DNA of 64,000 nt from Verrucomicrobiales bacterium (GCA_031411295.1 JANOAV010000122.1:14255-78254); one strand, 5' to 3'; counted from the first letter of the stretch, positions 20,764-30,462 are shown. Numbers and translations are program-made. Notes: generated by a model not told the origin, from the letters alone.

Positions 20764-22838
20764 GAGTAAGTGAAGGTGCGGTGGCCCGGTGCGCTGGTTG
20801 GTTCCTCAGTGACCGTGACGTTCGTGGGATGCTGGATCGCAGGCTGGATCGGGGCCGTGGCATCCCAAGTAATGCTTCGGCGCAAGCCCTGCGTGAGGCC
20901 CTCGAATCGTTCTTCGAGGCTGACTCCGCCGACGGAGAGGAGAAACGTCGGCCCGCCCGCAGCATCAAGCCGATAACCGTTGCAAAGGATCATGGGTGCA
21001 TCCTTGTCGGGCTCTGGCCAGCGCACCACCGCACTTCCCAGGGGCTTCTCAAACGGGGCGAAGCGTGAAAACCAGGTGTTATAAGCATCAAAAAACTTCC
21101 CCTGCCAAGCCAGCGCAGGCCGCCCCAGCTTGCCATCGTAAGCCAAGTGGGTGCCGCTGGGAAACCCCACGAGAATCGCGTGCGTGCCCACGTCCGCGAG
21201 GAACGTGCGTTGCACAATCGGGCGATCCTGCGGAGTCAATTCGAACTCGCCATGGGTGTTGGCGGGGAAGCCTTCTGGTTCGCCATTGGCGCTCTTGGCA
21301 AAAGCGTAAATGGACGCAATCTGACGGTCCGTGTCTCCTTGGAGTATGGTGGTGTTAGCCGCTTTTCCCTCAGGCCAGAAGGATGGCATCAACGTCCCGG
21401 GCCGATAGCCCGCAGGGTGCACCAGATAGTCGCGCAGCCAACCTGGCTGCAACCGCTGGCCCAGATTACTGATGTCCAGTGCCTGAATTCCCAAGGCGGG
21501 CCGTTCACCCCAACGATGGCACGTGATGCAGCCCAATCCGCCTAACGTGCCCACTAACTTCCGTCCCGCCGTATCATCGCCCCCGGGCAGTGGCACTTCG
21601 GGGACGGTGTCAGCTGCTGCTAGCAAGGCCGCCAACTCTTTGGCGGATGCACTATGGATGGGCATTTTGGTTTGCAAATACGGGCGCACGCGGGCTTCAC
21701 CCGTGAGCACTTTCACCAGCCACTCCGGTTGCAGTTTGCGCCCCACCGCAGTGAGGGGCGGGGGGAAACGTCCCGTGTCTCCCAGGTTGTGATCTCCCTG
21801 GAAATACGCCTTGCGAGCGGCATCGGGTCCGCCCAGTCCATCGCGCTCATGGCAGGCCATGCAGTTGAGCGATTGCAGGGTAAGGGTGGCCTTTGCCTTT
21901 GGCGTGAGTGGGGCGTTCTGCTCGTTCAGGAACTGCGCCAACGCCAGTCGCTGCAGTTTGGAAAGCCCATACTGGGGGACGGTGGAGGCAGGTTGATCCG
22001 CGAGACAGCCCGCATTAAGATGGGTCATGGCTACTAGATTTGTAGTGGCCGTTTCTTTTGGTAAATCATGGCATGCCGCACAACGTTGTTCGCTTACAAT
22101 TTTCTGACCTCGCGCCACCGAGTCGGGGTGAGCCACGAAGGACGGCAGCGTTTCTGCGGTGCCATCGCTGCCTTTGAAATTCAGGAGATAACCAGCGATG
22201 TCCGAGGCGGCCTCATCGGTGAGTTTGAGATGGGGCATGCGACCATCGGAGCGAACTTCCAAGGGAGCCTGGAGAAATTTCACGAGCGATGGCAGGGTGT
22301 ATTTTTTCTCCAACATCGGCAGTGCTGCCGAACTATAACTCAATGCCGCAGGATCCGGCCGACCGTCTGGTGGCTGGAAATCCAAGGCGGGGGCATGACA
22401 GGCGACACAGCCCTGCGTATGGAACAGGCCTGCACCCCGGTCGGTGTTGATGTGTCGCAAAGGAACGCTCTTGGCTGCCGCAGGGGCCTTCAGTGAGGCC
22501 AGATAGTGCAGCACGGCCTCGCGCGCAGCAGCATCTGCCAACGCTGCAAAATGGGGCATCGAGGATCCACTGCGCGCTTCCGCAGGATTGGCCAGAAATT
22601 GCTCCACCCAAGTTGCGCGGGCTCGCTGGGTGATGCCTGCTAATCCTGGGCCACGACGCGGTGGTAATCCGGTTGCCCCACCATGACAGTTCGCGCAGCC
22701 GAGTTCGTTGAAGAGTAAGCGACCGCCGTCCGCGCTCGGCTGAGTCGCATGGAATCGCTCGAATCCAGGCACGAAAGGCTCTGCTGCCGACGTGGCTGCG
22801 CTGAGCAGGAATCCGAGTGCTGCCAGGCAGCGCATCAT
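20754..22838 (-). CDS. pentaheme c-type cytochrome domain protein
   Basis: Signal peptide plus five CxxCH motifs (CANCH, CVACH, CAACH, CMACH, CITCH). ATGA overlap with the upstream gene. Confidence 0.85.
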   Translation of the reverse strand: MMRCLAALGFLLSAATSAAEPFVPGFERFHATQPSADGGRLLFNELGCANCHGGATGLPPRRGPGLAGITQRARATWVEQFLANPAEARSGSSMPHFAALADAAAREAVLHYLASLKAPAAAKSVPLRHINTDRGAGLFHTQGCVACHAPALDFQPPDGRPDPAALSYSSAALPMLEKKYTLPSLVKFLQAPLEVRSDGRMPHLKLTDEAASDIAGYLLNFKGSDGTAETLPSFVAHPDSVARGQKIVSEQRCAACHDLPKETATTNLVAMTHLNAGCLADQPASTVPQYGLSKLQRLALAQFLNEQNAPLTPKAKATLTLQSLNCMACHERDGLGGPDAARKAYFQGDHNLGDTGRFPPPLTAVGRKLQPEWLVKVLTGEARVRPYLQTKMPIHSASAKELAALLAAADTVPEVPLPGGDDTAGRKLVGTLGGLGCITCHRWGERPALGIQALDISNLGQRLQPGWLRDYLVHPAGYRPGTLMPSFWPEGKAANTTILQGDTDRQIASIYAFAKSANGEPEGFPANTHGEFELTPQDRPIVQRTFLADVGTHAILVGFPSGTHLAYDGKLGRPALAWQGKFFDAYNTWFSRFAPFEKPLGSAVVRWPEPDKDAPMILCNGYRLDAAGGPTFLLSVGGVSLEERFEGLTQGLRRSITWDATAPIQPAIQHPTNVTVTEEPTSAPGHRTFTYSWK

Positions 22839-23749
22839 GCGTTTACCTCCGTCAGTAATTTTTCGATGTGAAGCAGCGACTTCTTTAATGCCTCCGTGAT
22901 CGCCCCGGCCGTGGGTAGAATGGGGATCCCGCGTGGCGTAGGGTGCATGAAAATCTCCGCCCAGCCTCGGAACGAAACGTCGCGCAGGGCTTGGAGAATG
23001 GAGCGATAATCCAGCGTGCCAAACCCAGGCAACTGCTGCAATTCAATGTCCTTCGCCACCTGTTGTTTGCTGCCAATCCCGTGCTCTTGGAAGTAAAAGA
23101 ACGGTAAATTCTGTGCACCCAAATCACGGATTAATTTTGGAATTTCCGCCACGTGCTCCACCAAATGATGCGGTGCAAAGGCCACGCCCAAGGCTGGATG
23201 ACGATTCAATTCCGCCCAACTGCGCAGCGAATCCGGCGTGCTGAGCAGTGAATCTGCATGGTTCTCAATCGCAATGGTGATACCTTGTTCGGCCGCGGCA
23301 TCGGCATGAGGTTTCATTTGTTCCAGGAAGGCCTTGATGCCAGCCTTGGCTTCGGCTCCACGGACGTTCTTAGGGCCCTTGGCACCAGTCACAAACATAT
23401 TCCCTCCGAGTCGTTTCAGCGCCGGCATTTCTTTCTGCAATGCGAACGGCCCCAGCGGATATTGCGTGAAGCAAATCAGCGGAGCCTCGTGCTTTTTGCA
23501 AAGCGCAGCGGTCGCTCCCAGGCCCAGCGCTTCCGCCTCCTCACGTTGCGTGCCGTGCGGCTTGCACCAGAGATCCAGACCGCCCCAACCGAGCGCCTTC
23601 AGCTCCGGTAAAATAGTTTCCAGCTTCAGATCCCCAAACAGCGCTGAGGCCAGCAGATACTTGAGTTGCAACTTCGGGGGCGCAGCGTGAACCACGGGAG
23701 CCAGCGCGGAGCCGGCCAAACATTGCAGGAAGTGACGTCGAGTGTTCAT
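22835..23749 (-). CDS. xylose-isomerase-like TIM-barrel sugar phosphate isomerase/epimerase with a Tat signal
   Basis: MNTRRHFLQCLAGSALAPVVHA twin-arginine signal at the in-frame ATG 23749. TIM-barrel family motifs (IAIENH, FQEHGIG). Confidence 0.75.
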   Translation of the reverse strand: MNTRRHFLQCLAGSALAPVVHAAPPKLQLKYLLASALFGDLKLETILPELKALGWGGLDLWCKPHGTQREEAEALGLGATAALCKKHEAPLICFTQYPLGPFALQKEMPALKRLGGNMFVTGAKGPKNVRGAEAKAGIKAFLEQMKPHADAAAEQGITIAIENHADSLLSTPDSLRSWAELNRHPALGVAFAPHHLVEHVAEIPKLIRDLGAQNLPFFYFQEHGIGSKQQVAKDIELQQLPGFGTLDYRSILQALRDVSFRGWAEIFMHPTPRGIPILPTAGAITEALKKSLLHIEKLLTEVNA

Positions 23750-23765
23750 AGCGGATGGTGGGGAG

Positions 23766-24380
23766 TTATTTGCCACAACTGGCTTCCAGCATTTTAATCC
23801 ACGGGCCCACGAAATGGCCGCTGTCATGATAGGTGCGGCCACTCACCATGTTCCGATCAATCACGCAGGGTTCATTGACATAAATGCCGCCGCAGACTTC
23901 CAGATCGAATTTACACTTCGCCACCGTGGCCATGCGCAGGCCCTGCACGATCCCGGCTCGGGCGGGGATTTCCACGCCGTGGCAAACGCTGGCCATGGGC
24001 TTCTGGTGCTCCCAGAACCAGCGCGTGAGGCGCAGTAAATCTTCGTCCTCGCGAATATATTCAGGCGCGCGGCCACCGCTGAAGAAAATGCCCGCATACT
24101 CTTCCGGCTGGATGTCCTTAAATGCGATCTCGGCATCGATGCTGTAGCCTTCCCACTCCTTTGTGATCGTCCAGCCGGGCTTCACCTCGTGCATCACCAT
24201 TTGGTATTTGCGACGCTCCGGAGCCGCCACCACTGGCTGGAACCCGGCTTCGATCAGGCGATAGTAAGGATACAGGGTGTCCACCGTTTCGGCGGCATCT
24301 CCGATGATAACAAGAACTTTGGGCGGGTGCATAAGGGAAATTTCGGGGGCTGGTAAAGTCACATGATACTTGTTTTGCAT
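23766..24380 (-). CDS. DJ-1/PfpI family protein
   Basis: KVLVIIGDAAE, nucleophile elbow ASVCHGVEI. The start may instead be the internal ATG at 24332. Confidence 0.8.
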   Translation of the reverse strand: MQNKYHVTLPAPEISLMHPPKVLVIIGDAAETVDTLYPYYRLIEAGFQPVVAAPERRKYQMVMHEVKPGWTITKEWEGYSIDAEIAFKDIQPEEYAGIFFSGGRAPEYIREDEDLLRLTRWFWEHQKPMASVCHGVEIPARAGIVQGLRMATVAKCKFDLEVCGGIYVNEPCVIDRNMVSGRTYHDSGHFVGPWIKMLEASCGK

Positions 24381-24443
24381 CGTCTGTCATTGCGGGTATG
24401 ATGCAGCAAAACTCAGGTTTTTCGTCATTCGCCAATTTTATCC

Positions 24444-25635
24444 ATGAAACCCCGTAAGCGTCGTTCTACCTCCCGTGTTCCCCGGGTTGCCCTGCTGGTG
24501 GAAACGACGCGAACCTATACCCGTGAATTGTTGGCGGGAGTGCGGCGGTATGTGGCCGCGCATGGTCCATGGTCCATGGTCCACGTTTTTGGAGCTACGT
24601 GCCTTGGATTCCTCCCCTCCGGCCTGGCTGCGTAATTGGGATGGCGACGGAATTCTGACGCGGACCTTCACTCAAGAAATGGCTGATCTGATCGATGCCA
24701 GTGGGTTGCCGGCGGTCGAATTACGCGCTACTGGCTTGGGCGGATCCCGACCGTTTGTCGGCATGGACAATGCCCACATCGGGAGCGCGGTGGCGGAACA
24801 TTTCTATGAACGCGGCTACCGGCAATTCGCCACCTATAGTTTACAGACAGAGCAATTCTTTGTCGATCGAGTGCGGAATTTTGTCACTGCCGTGCAAGGC
24901 TACGGCTGTCGTTGTTATGAGCTGCCCGAGACGAACTCGGACAGTGTTTCCGATTGGGAACAGAGTCAGGCACGGTTGATCACGTGGTTGGCTCAGCTAC
25001 CGAAACCGATCGGAATCTTCGCAGCCAACGATCAACTGGGCGTGCACCTCCTGGCGGCCTGCCAGCGGGCGGGCGTAGCCGTGCCGGAGGAAGTAGCCGT
25101 GGTGGGTGCGGAGAATGAAGAAACCCTCTGCAGCTTCGCCACCCCGCCTCTCACGAGCGTTTGTTTCGACGGGCAGACCGTGGGCTATCAGGCGGCGGAA
25201 TTGCTGGATCGACTCATGCTAGGGAAGTCGCCCCGTCGTCGGGAAATTCTCGTGCCCCCCAAGGGAATCATGGTGCGAGCCTCTTCCGATGAGTTGGTCA
25301 TCAATGACCCCTTGGTCGCCCAAGCGGCCCGTTTAATTCGGGAGAACGTTCTCACCGGAATCAACGTCGATGATCTCTGCCGCAAGCTCAACGCCTCCCG
25401 CAGCACGCTGGACCGCCGCATGAGAGCCGCCGTGAATCGTTCGCCCAAGGAGGAAATCACGCGACTCCGTTTTCGCGAAGTTCAACGACTGCTGCGGGAA
25501 ACGGATCTCACCATCGACCTCATAGCCGAACAAACCGGTTTCGCCCACAGCCAGTATCTCCAAGCTGCCTATAAACAAACCTTCGGCCAAACTCCAGGCG
25601 CCTACCGTCGTGGACGCGCAGCAATAACATCCTAA
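24444..25635 (+). pseudogene. XylR-like AraC-family transcriptional regulator, frameshifted by a 7-bp tandem triplication
   Basis: The N-terminus (RVALLVETTRTYTRELLAGVRRYVAAHGPWS) is in the frame of 24444. The rest (TFLELRALDSSPPAWLRNWDGDGILTR ... AraC HTH at the C-terminus) is in the frame of 24475. Removing one CATGGTC copy joins them perfectly. Confidence 0.8.
24561..24581. repeat. CATGGTC x3 tandem repeat
   Basis: Read directly: catggtc catggtc catggtc cacg. Two copies are inherent to the codons for HGPWS. The third copy adds +7 nt. Confidence 0.95.
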
Positions 25636-25687
25636 CTGTAGAGGGGGCGCCCTCGTCCCCAGGAATACCTCCTTGTTGAGTGATTCC

Positions 25688-25971
25688 AAGTTGCGTTCAA
25701 GATGAGGTGATCCCGGAGGGATCTCAGAAATTAGCCGGGGGTTGAGCGATAGCGATACCCCCGGATAGAGGCCCAAAAGAATCGTATCCCGGCAGGGATG
25801 CCAGATCAGCAATATGAGAGGAAATGGCTTGGCACGATCCTATTTTGGCATCCCTGCCGGGATGCGGTCATTTCGTTGGGATACCGGGGGTATCGCTATC
25901 GCTCAACCCCCGGCTAATTTCTGTCAAGCCTCCGGCTTGCATCTGATAAGATATCATCTTGAATGCAACTT
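25688..25971. repeat. nested/composite inverted repeat between convergent genes (two inverted copies of a hairpin-containing unit; REP/MITE-like)
   Basis: 25725-25764 is the perfect reverse complement of 25884-25923 (40 bp). 25786-25803 pairs with 25846-25863 (18 bp). 25688-25705 pairs with 25954-25971 (17/18). Each 40-bp arm also has its own 8-bp stem CCGGGGGT/ACCCCCGG. Confidence 0.9.
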
Positions 25972-26020
25972 AGAATGAGCGGAAGCGCTCCCACGTCTCT
26001 TGCCACCGCGATAAATCGCG

Positions 26021-27205
26021 CTACGGCAGCGCCCGCAGATAGAAGTTAGCCAACTCGATGGGAGCGCTGGGAGCTGCGAATTCCAAACTCCAAGGAGCTT
26101 CCGGGTCGAGGGATCCAGTTTCATTGGTCATTTCCCCCACCTTCACATGAGAACTGCCGTGCTCCCTGGAAACCGTTAGTCGATGCCATCCCATGCGTTT
26201 TTCCGGCTTCGCGAGGCTTGCGAACAGATCCACCGTGATCGTATGACCTTTGGGGTCTTTGATCTGGAGGCTGGGGGCTGCGGCATTATTGGTTTCCCGC
26301 CAGTCCATGGTGAGGACGAAGGCTGTTGGAGTGAGGTCCACGGAGATAATATCTTCTGCGGTGGGTTTTTCTGGCCGCCGGAGGCTCCAACCGCCTGCGC
26401 GCCAGCCAGTCTCCTTGTCCTTGGCTGACTTCCATCCACGCAGGTCCACCCCAGTAAATAATGACTTCCAGTTCTGATCTTCCGGAGCCGTTTGGTCTGC
26501 GGTGGCTCCACTAGGTGGCAGTTCTTTGAGGCGCAGATTTTTCCATTCCGTCGGGCTGCCCTCGCTTTCCAACCCCAAGTATCCTTTGCGCCACACGCAG
26601 TCGTCGCCCCCGGAGACTTCCTTACCATTCACGGAGAGGCGGAGTTTCCCCGCATTGGCCTCGATGCGATAATGATTCCATTCAGGGGCGGAGTGGCTGC
26701 GCTCCTCGATAGGGAAGCACCGCATCCCATTGCCCTTGTGAATCGGCTTCATGGTCGAGCCATGGATGGGAAACACATCGCCATGGGTCGTGAACCATTC
26801 GTTATTACCTTTGGCCACGTCCGCATAACCGTTGTCCAGCACCTGGACTTCGATGGCCCGCAGGAACGGCACCCCGGGAGCCGCCACGGGCGATCCCCAC
26901 ACGAAGATCCCGGCATTACCGCCCTTTTTCAGATGACGCCAATCCACCTCGAAGATGAAATTTTCCACCTGCCGCGTCATGCGCAATGCTCCGGTCGGCT
27001 CACCCGTGCAGGTAATGATCCCATTGGCCACCGCCCAAGTTTCCGGGGCGCAATTCACATTCACCCAGCCCGTCAGGTCCTTACCATTAAAGAGATCCAC
27101 GAAACCTTCCTCCTCGGCTGCGGCCGCTGCGGCGGGCAGCGCAGACATTGTCAGGGCGACACAAGCAAAATTAACTCGAAGGACTGATGCGGTAGGAAAT
27201 TTCAT
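26021..27205 (-). CDS. DUF1080 (3-keto-disaccharide hydrolase-like) domain protein, secreted
   Basis: Signal peptide from ATG 27205. FVDLFNGKDLTGWVN ... WAVANGIITC ... YLGLESEGSPTEWKNLRLKEL. A second, degenerate copy starts at WKSLFTGVDLRGWK. Confidence 0.8.
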   Translation of the reverse strand: MKFPTASVLRVNFACVALTMSALPAAAAAAEEEGFVDLFNGKDLTGWVNVNCAPETWAVANGIITCTGEPTGALRMTRQVENFIFEVDWRHLKKGGNAGIFVWGSPVAAPGVPFLRAIEVQVLDNGYADVAKGNNEWFTTHGDVFPIHGSTMKPIHKGNGMRCFPIEERSHSAPEWNHYRIEANAGKLRLSVNGKEVSGGDDCVWRKGYLGLESEGSPTEWKNLRLKELPPSGATADQTAPEDQNWKSLFTGVDLRGWKSAKDKETGWRAGGWSLRRPEKPTAEDIISVDLTPTAFVLTMDWRETNNAAAPSLQIKDPKGHTITVDLFASLAKPEKRMGWHRLTVSREHGSSHVKVGEMTNETGSLDPEAPWSLEFAAPSAPIELANFYLRALP

Positions 27206-27338
27206 AGACTGGTAGGATATTCGCTCGCGGTAGTGCCCGCAAGACAAACTCCATCCCGACTTCGCGCAGCCACTTTTTCCGCCGCCTCCCTCATCAGAGG
27301 GACTTGCCAGATCCCTCGAAACCACCTAAACACAGCCC

Positions 27339-29387
27339 ATGCCGAAAATATTACGAATTCTCCTCTGGACCGCCATCTCCGTGCTGGGTGCGGGCGCCGT
27401 GGCCGTTAGTGCTTTGCAACGCAATGAACCGCTCAACGCGCTATGGTTGGTCATTGCTGGCGTGTGCACGTTTGCCGTCTCGTATCGTTTTTACAGCGCA
27501 TGGCTCATGGCCAAGGTGCTGACGCTGGATGATCAACGCGCCACCCCTGCGCTCACCAAAGCGGACGGCAAGGACTTCGTGCCGACGCACAAGTGGGTGG
27601 CATTTGGCCACCACTTTGCGGCCATTGCCGGCCCAGGACCGCTGGTGGGACCAGTGCTGGCGGCTCAATTCGGTTACCTTCCGGGCACCTTGTGGATTCT
27701 GATTGGGGCTACCTTGGGTGGTGGCGTGCATGATGCCGTCGTGCTCTTCGCCTCCATGCGGCGGGATGGGAAATCGCTTGGGCAAATGCTCAAGGAAGAA
27801 TTGAATCCGGTGATCGGGTTGATCGCCATGGTTTGTCTGCTGGGCATTATGACGATCCTGTTGGCGGTGTTGGGTTTGGTGGTTGTAAAGGCCTTATCCG
27901 AGAGCCCGTGGGGCTTGTTTACCATCGCCATGACGATGCCGTTGGCCATGATCATGGGTATAGCGCTGAAGACTGGTAAATTCGGCGTTGGCCCAGTCTC
28001 GGCGTTCGGGGTCATCGGATTGCTGGTCTGCGTGTGGGGTGGGAGCATGCTACCAGAAGGCGTGCGTCATGCACTCACATGGGACTCGCCCAGCCTCGCT
28101 TGGGCGATCATGATTTACGGCTTTGCCGCTTCGGTGCTGCCCGTTTGGCTGCTGTTGGCCCCGCGGGACTATCTCAGCACGTTTATGAAACTGGGCACAG
28201 TGGCCATTCTGGGCATCTTCATTGTCTTCATCAATCCTCCGCTCCGCATGCCTGCGTTGACCCAATTTATTCATGGCGGTGGCTGGGTGGTGCCGGGACC
28301 GGTATTTCCCTTTGTGTGCATTACAATTGCCTGTGGAGCCATCTCAGGGTTCCATTCGCTGATCTCCAGCGGCACCACGCCGAAGTTACTGAAAGGCGAA
28401 CGCGACATCCGCCTCGTGGGCTATGGCAGTATGGTCACGGAAATGCTGGTTGCGCTGATGGCGATCATTGCGGCGTGCGCCTTGGAACCAGGACAATATT
28501 TTGCTATCAACACACCGATCGATCCCACCGATGCCGCCAGCATTCCGGCTGCGATTGCGAAGATCAACAACGCTGGATTTGCTGTCACGGCCGAAGAAAT
28601 GAAGACGCTTGCCACCGATCTGGGGGAGATCAACATGATCGGCAAGACCGGTGGCGCACCAACATTTGCCGTCGGTATGGCCCACATGTTCGCCAAGGTC
28701 ATTCCCACGAAGTCCGCCCTCGCGCTGTGGTATCATTTCGCGATCATGTTCGAGGCGTTGTTCATTCTGACCACGTTGGATGCCGGCACCCGCGTGGGGC
28801 GCTTCATCCTTCAGGACTTGCTAGGCTACATCAGTCCGAAATTACAGAACACCCAGTCCTGGGGCGCCAACGTGCTCGCGAGCGGCTTGCTCGTTAGTGC
28901 TTGGGGCTACTTCCTCTACCAAGGGGCGATCGATCCGGCGGGGATTGCCAAAAGTCTCTGGCCGTTGTTTGGCATAGCCAATCAATTGCTGGCGGTCATT
29001 GCCTTCGCGTTAGGAACGACCATCCTGATTAAAATGGGACGGGCGCGCTATTGCTGGACCACCTTGGTGCCGATGTGTTATCTGGTAGCCGTAACGTTCA
29101 CCGCCGGTCTCATGAAAATTTTCTCCGCCAATGCCGCTGGCTTCCTGCCGGACATCGAGAAAACGAAACTAGCCCTGAGCACAGCAACGGATCCGAAGGT
29201 GATTTCCAAACTAAACGTCAGCCTCACGAACGCCTACGTGGACATCGGCGTGACCACCTTCTTCCTTTGCGGGGTGGCCATCATTGTGGGTGGATGTATC
29301 TACGAATGGACCCGCTTGCTCCGCGGGCGGAAGGTCATCGTCTTGCGAGAGTCGGTCTACGTCTCGATCATTGAGGTGTCGCGCTGA
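27339..29387 (+). CDS. cstA: carbon starvation protein A
   Basis: 682-aa polytopic membrane protein with FGHHFAAIAGPGPLVGPVLAAQFGYLPG and other CstA-type blocks. Confidence 0.9.
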   Translation: MPKILRILLWTAISVLGAGAVAVSALQRNEPLNALWLVIAGVCTFAVSYRFYSAWLMAKVLTLDDQRATPALTKADGKDFVPTHKWVAFGHHFAAIAGPGPLVGPVLAAQFGYLPGTLWILIGATLGGGVHDAVVLFASMRRDGKSLGQMLKEELNPVIGLIAMVCLLGIMTILLAVLGLVVVKALSESPWGLFTIAMTMPLAMIMGIALKTGKFGVGPVSAFGVIGLLVCVWGGSMLPEGVRHALTWDSPSLAWAIMIYGFAASVLPVWLLLAPRDYLSTFMKLGTVAILGIFIVFINPPLRMPALTQFIHGGGWVVPGPVFPFVCITIACGAISGFHSLISSGTTPKLLKGERDIRLVGYGSMVTEMLVALMAIIAACALEPGQYFAINTPIDPTDAASIPAAIAKINNAGFAVTAEEMKTLATDLGEINMIGKTGGAPTFAVGMAHMFAKVIPTKSALALWYHFAIMFEALFILTTLDAGTRVGRFILQDLLGYISPKLQNTQSWGANVLASGLLVSAWGYFLYQGAIDPAGIAKSLWPLFGIANQLLAVIAFALGTTILIKMGRARYCWTTLVPMCYLVAVTFTAGLMKIFSANAAGFLPDIEKTKLALSTATDPKVISKLNVSLTNAYVDIGVTTFFLCGVAIIVGGCIYEWTRLLRGRKVIVLRESVYVSIIEVSR

Positions 29388-29388
29388 T

Positions 29389-30267
29389 ATGGAAATTTCC
29401 TCCGCTTGGCAAGCGCTGTTGCAGTCCGTTTCCCGGTCGTTCTATCTCAGCCTACGGTTTCTTCCTGCAGCGGTGCGGGGAGAATTATCGGTGGCTTACC
29501 TGCTGGCACGGGCCTCGGATAGCATTGCGGATTCAGCTTCTGTGGCTGCTTCCGGGCGCTTGGCGCTACTGGAGCAGTTCTCCGTCGCCATGACTGCACC
29601 AGCACCAGAGGGATTCTTCAGCAGCGTTGGCCGCTTGCAGGTGGATCACGCCGGGGAGCAAATTTTGCTGCAACGATTAGCCGAATGTTTTGCGCAATAC
29701 GAGAAGGTGGATGCGCCAGCTCGGAGGTTGATCCAAGCCGTGCTCGGTCACATTCTGCACGGCCAGAAATTGGATCTGCAACGTTTCCCTGGCAGCCTGC
29801 AAACTCCCGCCGAATTGACAGAATACACCTATCTCGTGGCTGGTTGCGTGGGGGAATTCTGGACGGGAATGCTGGCGCTGCGGATCCCGAAGTGGGCGAC
29901 ACTTCCAAGCGACGAAATGCTGCGCCTGGGCCGGGAATACGGTCAGGGATTGCAACTGGTGAACATCCTGCGCGACCTCCCGGGCGATCTCGCAGACGGT
30001 CGCAGTTATCTGCCGGGCGAGAACGACTTGCTAGCGAAACGAAATTTCTGGGCGCAGCAGGCGCGCACTTGGCTGGCTAGTGGCGAAAGCTATGCCGCCC
30101 ACCTCAATGGCTGGCGCTTGCGCTTCACTGCGGACCTCCCCTGGCGCTTGGGTCTCGCCACGTTGAATGCCCTGCCGCCCACGGAAATTGCCACCGTGAA
30201 GATTTCACGCAAGGCCGTGCGCAAACTCATGTTCACCAGCGCCTGGCGCGCCTTGTCCGGCCACTAA
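29389..30267 (+). CDS. squalene/phytoene synthase family protein (HpnC/HpnD-like)
   Basis: SRSFYLSLRFLP, a first Asp-rich motif ARASDSIAD and a second motif NILRDLPGDLADGRSYLP. ATG 29389 lies 1 nt after the cstA stop. Confidence 0.8.
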   Translation: MEISSAWQALLQSVSRSFYLSLRFLPAAVRGELSVAYLLARASDSIADSASVAASGRLALLEQFSVAMTAPAPEGFFSSVGRLQVDHAGEQILLQRLAECFAQYEKVDAPARRLIQAVLGHILHGQKLDLQRFPGSLQTPAELTEYTYLVAGCVGEFWTGMLALRIPKWATLPSDEMLRLGREYGQGLQLVNILRDLPGDLADGRSYLPGENDLLAKRNFWAQQARTWLASGESYAAHLNGWRLRFTADLPWRLGLATLNALPPTEIATVKISRKAVRKLMFTSAWRALSGH

Positions 30268-30434
30268 AAAGTGGTGCAGGTTTTGCCCCCACGGGCTGAC
30301 GGGCAAGTTCAGGTGAAATGCAGTGGCGGATAACTCCATCGTCATCCCAGTCAATCCGGCAAATCCCCCCGATTGACAAGGTCCAGAGTAATGGCCCCCA
30401 GCGATTCGACCCCAATTTCCATCTTTTCCGCCTC

Positions 30435-30462
30435 TTGACTCCCTGCCACACCCGCATAGATT
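30435..30462 (+). promoter_or_regulatory. candidate sigma-70-type promoter for ppdK
   Basis: TTGACT (30435-30440), a 16-nt spacer, then TAGATT (30457-30462), about 135 nt upstream of the ATG. Sequence match only. Confidence 0.25.

Noticed and set aside
28034-28897. 287-aa plus-strand ORF inside cstA
   Set aside because: It is an alternative frame of the well-supported CstA coding sequence, with an Arg/His/Cys-rich shadow translation.
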